From NCBI GenBank assembly GCA_051294375.1, contig CM119263.1, positions 10,095,552 to 10,159,551 on the forward strand: a DNA stretch of 64,000 nucleotides, given 5' to 3'. Within the stretch, counting starts at the first letter, position 1, and every line of letters begins with the position of its first letter. The notes beneath the pieces were generated by a model. It was not told where the DNA came from, did not search any database, and saw only the letters and a list, made by a program, of their open reading frames with translations. The translations under genes and the position numbers were made by a program. Below are positions 12,805-25,196 of the stretch, piece after piece. Origin of the DNA: Paraspadella gotoi. Lineage: Eukaryota > Animalia > Chaetognatha.

Positions 12805-13533
12805 GGCAGCAGACTTAAAGCTCCTCACTGCTGTCCGTCCTCAGCCTCGTCTCAATGGCTGAGCAGGCTAAATCATCTCAATTCCATCCGTGCGTCCGGG
12901 TTCAAATCCCTGGGTATCCCGGTTCTGGCTTAAATGTGACGGTGCCGGTATAAACATGCCAGTGACAGGAGGCGGTCACTGAGGGTCTGCAGCCTACGCC
13001 AGTTGTGAGATAACCCCGTGCCCCGGGTATCACAGGCTATCCTCTCGTTGCCATAAATGGTGAGCCCTACTCTCGAAACACACAACCGTCCGCTGCGCAC
13101 CGTGCGCCCACGCTTACGTCGCTTAGGGTATGCATATCACCGCCTATGCCCTACTTCTTCTGGTAACGCTCCAGACCTCGCTCGCTCGCATTCGCCGTCG
13201 CTCTCACTATAGGCAATGAGAATCAAAACCTCTCAGACATCTCCTCAGGATTGAGGCCCCTGTGGAGAACGTCTGGTGGGGGGATCCTGTGGCAGCAAGA
13301 CTGCCTCACTGCTGTCCGTCCTCAGCCTCGTCTCAATGGCTGAGCAGGCTAAATCACTCATTCCATCCGTTGCGTCCCGGGTTCAATCCCTGGGTATCCC
13401 GGTTCTGCTTAAATGTGACGGTGCCGGTATAAACATGCCATGTGACAGGAGGCCGGTCACTGAGGGTCCGCGCCCCTACGCCAGTTGGTGGAGATACCCC
13501 GCGCCCCCGGGTATCACAGGCTATCCTCCCGTT
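12805..13533 (+). repeat. GC-rich ~470-bp tandem repeat (1.5 units) with Pol III A/B-box-like motifs; repeated at 15400-16142
   Basis: CTCACTGCTGTCCGTCCTCAGCCTCGTCTCAATGGCTGAGCAGG...GGGTTCAATCCCTGGG occurs at ~12825, ~13305, ~15427 and ~15919. Confidence 0.75.
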
Positions 13534-16500
13534 GTTAGCTAATATGGTTTTAGAAAACGTGGTATAAAATATATAATTATATATACTCCAGTGATGAATA
13601 GGAAAAAAAAAGAAATGAAAAGCTAGTAGGCAGTGAGCAACAATAATTATTATGCGTAATAAAGTTCAACTTGGGGTATTAAATGCTTTACTAAAACGGT
13701 TAAAAAAAGTCTGCAAGTCCAACGAATTGCACAGTCGGTCTGATTCTGATTTTTCGAAATAAAACGAACGCAGATGGATGAATAAAAAAATTAAAAGATG
13801 AATTTTAAAAAAGTCGATTTGCCAAAGGTTTATCGATGACCGATCCCGTATATCAATGACCCGACCCATAAATTAATCATCGATCACGAATGTCGGTCGC
13901 TCTTTATTATTATAAGACATTAGATTCGTTTGTAAAATTTTGATCTTTTAAGTTAGATCATCATTTCACGGAGAAGAATAATAGAAATTGTTCAATACTC
14001 ATATATCTTTGATCACAAGCTTGATCTTACAGAATACCGCTGTATAACCAATTAACTATTAATAATGTTGTTTTCGGAATTATAATATTAAATAATTTTT
14101 AAATTAAAAAGATTGTTTAATTAAAGGAAATAATAATTATCAGAAACATCAATTCAAGCGAGCGGTTTAAAAATCTTAAAAAAATCTATTATATGTAGTT
14201 GTTATAAATGTAGTTTTCACTTTCTGAATTTAACAATTTATACATTGTATGAAGAAAATTTGAAGAAAAAAAAACGACTTTCCCGGATCGATTCTCGACG
14301 ATTTTAAAAGTTTGCAGGTGAAAATTGAGAAAACGAAAATGGGCGGAAAAAACTCACGGAGAAAGAATCTCTGATCTTTTTTCAGCTTCGAATTTTTGGT
14401 TCTCGATGTTGTTCTACTCGGAGATGTTGTTCTTGGCAGTCGATGCTGGTTATGACGAATCGATGTTGTTCTCGTCTTTTAACTTTTAAGATTGAAATGT
14501 ATAAAATTAAATTGTATCTATCATTATAGTGGACCAAACCATTCATCCAGCGGCCATTGCCGGCAGGAGGCAAGATTCGCTTCCCAACCAAGGTCCGGGT
14601 TTCTAGCCCGGTGGTCGCCTAACAGTAAAGGGTACGGGCGTTACCAACGCCTGCAACACGGTTTTAAGCCTGATCCGAAGCTCAGAGACTGCTTAATTAT
14701 TGATTCTATTACCTAACTCTCATAGTCTAATTGACTATTATTTAGCGGCAGAATCACTTACTACAGAGGGCCTGAAGCAGGAGCGTAAGTCAACATAAAT
14801 GACGGCGTTGGGATTAGGCGGTCGGCTCGCTTCGGCGCGACTCGGGATCGCGGAAAAAAGATGAGCGATCATAGATTCATCTCGGCGATCGAAAAGTAAT
14901 GACTATCTCAATTTATTATGTGGTTGTGAAAGTAAACAGGAAGGATTTTTTATATAGCAAAAAAGAATAATAATTTTTTTTTGTTGGGATGAACAAGTTG
15001 AAAAATTTTGAACTCTCTCTCTTACTCTCTTTCCTCTCTTTGTCCCTCCTTTTTTTATCTTGATTTTTTTACGTCTCTTTTCGGTCTGTTCTCAAGATGT
15101 CTTTCTTTTTCTGATCAAAGAAAAAAACGAATTATGCTCATTGAAAATTAATTGATTTAAATAATAAGTTTTTGATAGGCCGGAATTCACCGAATTAGAA
15201 AAAAATCTACATGAAATCGGTACAATGAACAATTGAACATTGGCCAATGGACATATAATGGACATATAAAAAGTATTCATTTATTTAATAAATAAAGCTA
15301 TCTTGTCTCCTTTCTTTGGACAGGCCTCCACCACTTTTACAATTATAATAACAGTGCGGAATACAATAAGTATTCCCCGATCTAATACATAAGGGGAGTT
15401 GTCGGCATGCAAGAGCTTAAAGCTGCCTCACTGAACTGTCGCGTGCTGCCAGCTCGTCCTCCATGGGCTGAGGCAGGCTAAATCCATCTCATTCCATCCG
15501 TGTCAGTCGCCGGGTTCAGATCCCGCTGGCGGTATCCCCGGTTCTGGCTTAGAATGTGACAGGTGCCGGTAGTAAACATGCCAGTGACAGGAGGCGGTCA
15601 CTAGGGTCCGCAGCCCCATAGCCAGTTGGTGAGATACCCCGTGCCCCGGGTATCACAGGCTATCCTCTCGTTGCCATAAGTGGTGAGCCCTACTCCTCGA
15701 ACACGCAACCGCTGCGTCACCGTGCGCCCACGCTTACGTCGCTTAGGTATGCATATCACGCCTATGCCCTACTTCTTCGGTAACGCTCCAGACGTCCTCG
15801 CTCGCTCGTCCGCTCGCTCTCACTATGGCAAATGAGATCAAACCTCTCAGACATCTCCTCAGGATTGAGGCCCCTGTGGAGAAGTCTGGTGGGGGGATCC
15901 TTGTGGCAGCAAGACTGCCTCACTGCTGTCCGTCCTCGCCTCGTCTCAATGGCTGAGGCAGGCTAAATCATCTCATTCATCCGTGCCGTCCCGGTTCAAT
16001 CCCTGGGTATCCCGGTTCTGGCTTAAATGTGACGGTCCGGTATAAACATGCCAAGTGACAGGAGGCGGTCACTGAGGGTCGCAGGCCCTACGCCAGTTGG
16101 TGAGATACCCGCGCCCCCGGTATCACAGGCTATCCTCCCGTTCCATAGAGTGATCTTTTCATACAATTGAAACATTCTTTGAAATATTATACCATTCATT
16201 GATAGGGAAGACAGGTCCTCTGGGAGTGAATAAACGAGACTGTGTGAGTCTTTTGATTGAAAGCTTGCTATGTCATTATCTTGTAAGAGTGAATGGATGG
16301 CCCGTTAAACACCAAAACCTGTCCAAAGTCATTGGCAAGATAGTTTAGTTATTAAAAGAATGAATTTTTTATATTGGTTGTACCAATTTCATAGCAAGCT
16401 GCGAGCTATCAATCAAAACGCTCTCTAGTTTTTCAATTTCCAGAGTTTTGCAAAATGATTCCGCCGCTTCCAGTCTTTTTCGAGGTCTTAAAATATTTTA

Positions 16501-16640
16501 TTCAAATTGCATTTTATATCCAAATTTTGTAGTTTCCCCACGATTTTCAATAATTTTTCAGTGCATTAAAAACGGGAAGTCCGCTCAAAACGGCCTCAAT
16601 TTCAGTATCTTCAATGCGCAAAAATGGTAAATACTTTTCC

Positions 16641-17562
16641 TTAGTAAATAACGAAATAGAATCGGTCAATTAAAAATCCCGCTGCGGCTTCTTCGTACTC
16701 AACGCACTTCATCCAACCCGGATAGATCTCTTCCTTCTTCACGCATCTTTGCTGAAAACCCCTCTTGAAGCATCTTCGCCGCATTTGGTTGAAGTACCAG
16801 TCGCCGACGATCTGAATGGAAAAGGCGTTTGGTCAAAAGATCGGGTCAGTCAAAAAAAAGGCGTGACGAGGCATTTCATGACATGGTATGTCACGAAAAA
16901 CGTCTCGAAGCGAAAAGAAGGAACCAGACAAATTTGTGAATTAAATTGTTAAATTCCTTTCGTTAAGTGAATTAAATTAAACTAAAATAATTTTTTTTTG
17001 GTCTGTTTGGTCAATGACCAATGGTCATATACAAGTGATTCAAACAGTGAGAACTCACCCACCCGGAATCTGAAATCTTGTTTTCTGTCCCTTTCCCCAT
17101 AATCCCTTTCCCAGCATTCTCACATGAGCCGTGGAAGTGTTGACCGCCTTGAGGCAATCACGGAAAGCGTAATCACAGTCACAATGAAAGACGTAAGTGA
17201 AGAAGTCGGTGTTGATGAAACCTACGAATTGGAGAGGAAAGAGAGATTAACAAAATATAATAGGGATGGAATGGAGTAACTGAATGAAAAAGCCTCACTT
17301 CACTTTTTCTTATTTCTTTTCCCCTCATTTCCCTTATCTCACCGCTCGCCATCGACTCTCCCTGCGCCAGGGAATTGTTGCAACGATCGTGAGCGTGGCA
17401 GCAGTCGTCCGTTCCGCGCGCCTCCCCGCGGTCGGTGTCGTTGGCGGCGTTGTTTCCGGGGCCGCACCAGAGCGTTCCCGGAAACGTGACGCCTCCGCGC
17501 GCTGAGGAAACGGCGACGACGATGGCGACGACGACAGCGACGCCAAATTGGAACAAAGCCAT
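16641..17562 (-). CDS. Secreted group III (bee-venom-type) phospholipase A2, 3 exons
   Basis: Exons 17562-17343, 17221-17124, 16811-16641. Signal peptide; FPGTLWCGPGN Ca2+ loop; DDCCHAHDRC catalytic His-Asp; HCDCD.AFRDCLK; IVGDWYFN...CF. Confidence 0.95.
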
Positions 17563-19827
17563 TTCGCCGACTTTTCGGGGCGCGATTTATTATATCAAAT
17601 AAATTGGTCGTTGGTAGCGATTTTCATAAATAATTCGGGGACGTTTCACAATTTCCGCCGATTCTGCGGATTTTTGATTAAATGAAAAAAATGAGTACAT
17701 TTATCAGACTAAGTTTTTTAAAAAATTCTTTCAACCTCCTATGCGTAATTGCGTATGTTTTTCGTTTTTATCTACGTTCAACATCATCAAATATTTGAGC
17801 TATGTTGTTTGTTTTGGAAAAAACCACAAATCTTCGTCGTGTCCAAAGTTTGGCATCTCTATCTCTCTTCCGAGCCTTCGCTAGTAACTTTCCTCGTCTC
17901 TCCTTTTATTTATTTTATTTTTTAGATTGTATCAGATGGTAAACCTTCACACATTCTGCCAATGACCACCTTGCTTTAAAAATATATTAATTTTATAATG
18001 CCCCCTACTTCGTAATTCCAACTCCAAAGAGAAAGAAAATTGTAGAATAAAACGAAAGTCGTTAATTAGAATGGAGTTTCCCTAAAGTCTCCCAGCAGGC
18101 AGCCTTATTAGCGGTTATACATGAACCAAACGTTGAAAGAGATTTACGATCGGCTTTGTGAAGCAAATTGATTTTGTGTAATGCTTTACTGTAGTTGCTA
18201 TTTGTGCAACGTCCATAACATAATAAAAGATCTCTCTCCGTTCGACTCATAATTTTTTTTTTCATGTTTACTTTTTTTTCCCTCGTTTTTTCTTTAGTTA
18301 GTTTTAACCCAATTAAATTAACCTTTTTAGACCTAATCTAGTCCAATATTTTTTGCGGTACAGAAGTGGGACCATTTATGTGTTAAAAAAAAATCCGATG
18401 CGCAGTCAAAGTGGAAGCGAATACCCCATTTATGACTGTGGGTCATAACCTCTGCCAGTCCCTCTTAAGAATTACGACCCGACTTCCCAAACGCAGAGCG
18501 GAAAAAGCGGAAGACGTAACCCGAGTTAAGAGCTTTACCCTTTTATCTCTTTCTTTTTTCTTTTTCTTTTCTTTTTTCCCCCTCATTTTATCATCTCTTT
18601 CTCCCTTTTTTTAACATTCTCTCTCTATTCTAGTCTCCGCCTTTATTTTTTCCATTATTCATGATATCGGAAAACTATGGCATTGAAAATAAAAATTTGG
18701 CAAACTCAACTACCGAACTACTCAACTACAAAATACCACCACAATCATATTCAATCAAAAATCCTTCCACAATCCACCATACATCAGTCGCACCTCAATT
18801 CATCGTCAAAATTGTCGGTTACAGAAGTATAGAATATCCTAAAAACTCGGATAACCCGAAGACCTGGAGACCCAAAAATACTCTAACAACGCGGAACTTC
18901 CCTGGGCCACAGAGTCAATAAGGTCGCGATTTCCTCCGAAACCCTGAACAAACACTCGCCCCTTTTCACTGAGGATTCTGACGAATTCGATCATTTTTCT
19001 GTCCAACCATCGTTGCTTCCCGGCTACGAATCCGGCCGGTCCAAGCGATTCCCGGATGGAGAACAGGGATTTCGAGTCTTTCCGGTCATCGAAGTTCCGG
19101 AACACATCCGTCCCACTCCCACACTTTTGACGACACTTTTTTTTCCTCAAAGAGAATTTATTTCCTTTTTTGTTTTGTTGTGAACTTTCGATGTTTCGTT
19201 GAAGACAAACAAGCAAACAGATTGGACGAGTTGATTGAAAGATAGACGAGCGAAAAGACAGACGTCGGCATCTAAAAAAAATCGATTCCTAAATTCGAGA
19301 GAGAGGAAATTCGCACGAAAATTCTCAGAACGAAATTGCTCTCGCTTCACTGTGAATTTTTAGAACCGAACGATCAAAACCAGAATGAGAAATGTTTCCC
19401 CATCGTTTATCCCCAAAAAGTTTGTTCGGTTAACGACTCTTGAAACATTTTAATCCCTCTCTGCAAAAACAAAAAAAAAAAAACACAAAAAAAAAATCTC
19501 CCCTGTCCCAACTTTCTTTTCCACAACTTTTTACCTTTTCGTTCGCTTTTTTTTTTCCAGATGATCCCATCTAAGTATGTCTTTTCTTTTCCTCTCTCTC
19601 CCTTAATTTTACTAGTTGAATCCTACAACTGCGTCCACAGTCTAATTTTGACAACATGCTCTTGTCTGTTCTCCCCTCCTTCGCTCATTTTGTTCTCTCC
19701 ATCTTTCACTCCGCATCCTTGATCCGTTCGACACTTTTTAAATCGTCGGCTAAAAACCCTTTTTTTGGCTCCCGCGGATTTTTAAGGATAACAACTTGGA
19801 GATCGTCCGAAATAACAACTTTCGTTG

Positions 19828-20031
<204 letters not shown>

Positions 20032-20278
20032 GCGCGCCACTTTTTAAGCCGAATTTTTTTTATCTCACGATAAATCATCGAATCTCATCGCCGCTTTGTT
20101 GTCATGGAATCAATTTTCACCCTAATGGAACCAATTCTCTCTGTTTCTTACTCGAACTCTTCTCGCCTTGCGATAATTATGTCAATATTTAAAAAAAGAT
20201 CCTCATAGTTTTCGCTTTTCACCGGAACTGTCGCCAACGAATGCCCCTCCCTTTTTCCTACCAAAACAAAAACCAACG

Positions 20279-23200
20279 ATGAGACGTTCTTTTAAAAGTC
20301 TGACATCTGTTGCCCTTTGTGTGGCGCTGATGCTAACTGGGCGCGTCTTCGGTCAGAGACGCCGAAACGCCGATTCCAACTCGAAAAGACTCCACGAAAA
20401 ACCGGAAACGCCCCTTTCATCCTCAAACGCCGAACTGACGCCGGAGCGGGGGCGCCACTGGACGCCGTCGGCGCCGCGAGGCGTCAATCGCTTCTTTTCT
20501 CACTCGACGCATCCGTCGAACGAAATCTCACAGCGCAGCCAGGCAGCGCCGATCTCATCACAGCCTCAAGTTGAACGGCTTTCTCAATCACATACGGGTC
20601 TTTCTAGACGCGAACGTATTACATCCGGGGCATTATCGACGACCAAATCTCGAACGTTTGGAAGAAAAACGCAGGAAAAAAGTTTGTAATTGAAAGGATT
20701 TTGGGATCGCTTGGGCGTTTAAATGGCGATTCATTGTTGTTTACTCCCTTGTGCACTGCACTCTGTTCACAGGGCACAGCGAGGTGCATAGTACAAACTA
20801 TGCAGTGTATATTGCATAGTATATAGTGCATAGTGCATAGTGCACAGTCCTACTTATCTTTTTTCGTAACGCTTTGGACGTTACACTACGTCCAGAGCCT
20901 GCCTAACATTTATTCCTTTCTCTCTTTTCTTCCCTCCCCTTATCTCTTTTCATTTTCCCTCTATTTCGCCGCAAGACGTCGTGCGAGGTCGCCTCTCCTT
21001 CGACACCCGACGCCGCCGACGCCTCTTGACGGAGAACTTCGTGTCGGTCGGCCTCATGAGCGGACTCGTCTTCAGAGGCTGGAAGAATCTAGACTTTGAT
21101 TCGCGGAAGTTGAAGACGCTCGCCAAAGTGGGTTCACTGGGTGGTGGTGTAAGGATCAACGCATTTTATATTGATGCGCTTTTGTTTTTAAAATCTTTTA
21201 AAATTGAAGGGTCTAAATTTCCTATAAAAAAAATGATAGATTTGATGATACAATCGCAGGCCCTGTCTCCGGCGTTGATTCGAATGGGTGGCACCAGAGG
21301 CGACTACCTTTACTTCACCCCCACGGCGGAATTTCACTCCAAACCGCCCACCATCAAAACCCCCATGGGAAAGATGCTGCAGGAATTTCCAATGACGGGT
21401 TCGCAATTTAGAGGTTTTGTGTCTGTGACTTCGTGTGGGCGGTTCGGGAATTTCGAGCCAAATTTCGTATCGAGCGATTCCCTCCTTTCAAATTATATCT
21501 TCTCCATAAACCTCAATCACCCGGGGCAACGCCCACATTTTCCGTCCCTTCAGACTTGGACTGGGACAAACTGAACCTTTTCTCGGACGAGGTGCGATGG
21601 AACCTGGTGTTTCAGCTAAGCGTTCTTCACCGGAAAGGCAACCGCACCTCGTCACGTTGGGATCCCTCAAACGCCATGGAACTTCTCGAGTACAACGAAA
21701 AACGAGGCTATTCGGTCGACTTCACCCTGGGCAACGGTGAGTCATTGAGTCACTGTGAAAAGCTAACATTCGTTTCACGAAACACTAAGAATAATTGTAC
21801 GATGATTAATGTAATCGCAAATAAAGTAGTTTTCCATCGATGTCCATAACGTAAGTTTGCTTTTTGTGAGGGAATTTAATTTGGGATGAAAACCTATTCA
21901 CTCAGAAAAAGTAAAAAAATAAAATTAAGGACTTAATCTTAGGTAATACGTATATTCTTTACGCATATTCATATATTCATAAAAAGATTCAGTAAGGTAT
22001 CAGTGGTATCACTATCACCTTTATGCAGTACTGTGTTTCTTGAAGTCTGGTTCAGTATCCATTTCTTCTTGCTGAGGTTTCAAGAGCGAACGAAAATTAA
22101 CTATGTCATATCATTATCAGAGAGGCATACAATTCTACTAAGGTAATATCTATTAAATAATTATACTTAACTTTAGTCCTCTGCTCCCTCCCCCCTTATT
22201 TTCGGCCTGATTAAAATCTTCGGGCAGAATTTATTTTAAGCTTGTGTTGTGGAGAAGGTCCCTTTATTTCCAAAAGATAACACTATCATCCCTCTTCCCA
22301 ACATAAGATTTTACATTATTTAAAGTTGATACTCTAATTTAATATTCATTTAAGATATATTTAACTTCGCAGAATCTAAAACTAATTCAATGTAATTAAT
22401 GATCAAACAAGTAATCTTTCAATTTTCAAAACCCAACTTGATCTCAGAACCTCCATTCGACGACAAGAGCAATTACAGCCTGAGCCCGGAACAACTCGGC
22501 GACGATTTCCGCGCCCTCCGATCTTTTGGACAGCTGGCACAAGTCCCTCGTCTGCGGACCCGACATCGACTTTAATCCTGGAAAATCCAAAATAATGGAT
22601 TGGTTAGTAGGGCGGAGTGATGAAAAGATTGAGCGATGGAACAATATTTTTTTGCTGCCTTTGTATATGTAATGAAAAATAATTAAACCCTTTTTCAAAA
22701 AAAATTTGCATAACAGTATCATTAATTGAATTTTCATTATAGTAATATCCTTATAAAATCATAAAATTTCAAAATCATATTTTCTTATTTTTAAAAACAG
22801 TTTTTGATTTGCCGGAAAAAACTGAAAAACTTTTGTAAAATATGATTTACCATGATATTTTTTAGGTTAAAGCTGCAAAAAAATGATTAAAACAAGTTCA
22901 TCATAATAGTTTCTACTACAAAGTATAAAAAAGTAGAGAATTTGACCTTTTTTTTCCATTTTTGATGCTGAAACATGAAATTTTTAATAATATTTATATT
23001 TTTATCAACTTTTTGTGAAAGAACAGAATCTTAATAAAAATTTAAAAAAAATTATTTTTGAAATTCATGATTTATAAGATATATTAATAAATATATTGTA
23101 ATTAATGATCTGTTCCCCAAACAATATAAGCAAAATATTTTTTGTACTCCTTAATCATACTATCTCACGTCTAAATATACTTGTTTGATCACTCAAATAA

Positions 23201-25105
23201 AATTTATGTTCCCCAGTGCTCCACTCTATTGGTAGTGAGTGAGGCTGTAGCAAGGGGAGGGGTCTGCATGATTGCAAGCACCTGTTTTATTTTCATAGCA
23301 CATTTTAACCACATTAACTTAACATATTTTATCATTTTTTAAATTTTTTAAATTTTTATTGTTTTGAGTTTTTATTACTGTAAATTTAAACTTGGAATAT
23401 CTTCCAACATTTAACTTACCTTGCCCCACTCCAAACCTTTCTCTTCCATCCCCAGGCTGATTCGTTTCCTCGCATCCGCCGGCGACGCCCTCGGCGCCGT
23501 CACCTTCCACCACTACTACGTCCACGCCCACGTGGCGCGCCTCGACGACTACGTTAGACCTAAGATCCTTAACAAGTTCGTCGACGCCGTAAGAGGCATC
23601 AAGGAGATCTTGGGATGGGTGCCCACCGGTTGGTCGATGGGGGGGGTATAGTCGTTCTAGTTCGTTATAGTGTAGTCGTTCTGGCTCGATAGCAAGGCCC
23701 CGTTATATTTTCCATCATCCACCCTACTAAGCTCTTATAGTGTAGTCGTTCTGGCTCGCTAGCGAGGCCCCGTGATATTTTCCGTCATCCACCCTACTAA
23801 GCTCTTATAGTAGGGGGTTGGTTATGTTGGGTCTATGGCATAGTCTTCGACAACAGTCAATTTAACAATGTTTGAAAAATGCATAAATTTCACTTCTTTC
23901 CAATTAGATGCAATTGGGAAGGAACATTGAAAATTTTGAAACAAAAAGCATTTCTAAATTAAAAAAAAAACTTATAAGCTTATTTCCGTTTAGATTTGCC
24001 GATTTGGTTGACGGAGACGAGCTCGGCCAAAAGTGGCGGGAAACGAGGAATCACCGACAGATTCGTCGCCGGTTTCATGTGAGAAGCGTGAAGGAAAAAT
24101 AAAAAACTAGTGAAAGATAGATTGAACATTGAAGGTTTAAAACAATTGATAATTGCAACGTCAAACAACGACGGAAATATGCTCTTAAAAATAATACTAA
24201 GTTCGAAGTATAAAACCAAAAGGCTCCTTCGTGAGATAAGTACAAAAAATGTATCTTTACATAATTTTCCTCACGTCTCGTTTCCGCCTCCAGGTGGATG
24301 GATAAGATGGGCGTGGCCGCCGCTGAAGGCGTCGACGTCCTCTTCCGGAATTCCTTCTACGATGCCTGGTACAGCCTGCTTGACGACAACATGGAACCAA
24401 TGCCGGTCAGGCGGTTATTCATAAAGACATAAATTTATTCATTGGTATCTCTTCCTGGATATTCTTTGCCCTTGTCATTCTTCCCTCATTACTTGCGCCA
24501 AGTATATTCGATATTGTTGGCTTTCGGACCCGAGATGTGACCCGAGATGTGACCCCAGATTCGGCCCGATCTCTTAAGACTAAACGTTTTCATTTTTCTT
24601 CCTTTTCCATGTTTTTTTCCCTTTTCTCGGAAATCCGCCGTTTGCCAAGTTTTATCGCTTTTTCTATCGAGTCTCAGAAGAGTTTTGGAGGAAGAGAAAA
24701 AAAGAAGAAAACATTTAGGCAAAAAAAAGAAAGAAGTTGAGAAGAGGAGAAGAATGGAAAGAAAAAAGGAATCAAATATATATAATTCTTAAAGATAAGG
24801 AAGGAATTGATGTAAATATAATAAAAGAGTTGTGTTGAAAGGAGATAAAGTAGGAAGAAAAGTAGGAAATAAAAGAAACGAAATTCATATATAAAAAAAA
24901 AGAACCGTTTAGATTAACAAGAAAAAAATAAGAGAAGATAAAAAAGAGAAGATCTAGAAAGAAAAATACTTAGTGGGAATTCTTTATTCCTTTTTTTTTA
25001 TAAGAAACTGTTTTTTTCTCAACGAAATATATTGTTCACTTTATAAGTGCAGAGGGGCCATAAAGAGGAGAGAATAAAATCCCAAAATGCGTCTTTTTTC
25101 TCTCT

Positions 25106-25196
<91 letters not shown>

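Larger units (their letters stand above)
10969..16142 (+). repeat. Tandem duplication of a ~2.57-kb unit (10969-13534 / 13535-16142)
   Basis: Colinear match along the whole unit; the copies differ mostly by 1-2 nt indels. Confidence 0.9.

Noticed and set aside
17059-17069. Possible micro-exon in PLA2 intron 2 (cag|ATTCCGGGTGG|gtgagt)
   Set aside because: 11 nt would break the frame; exons 2 and 3 already join in phase 0.
23665-23810. CRISPR-like repeat
   Set aside because: Plain tandem duplication with no unique spacers, in a eukaryotic intron.
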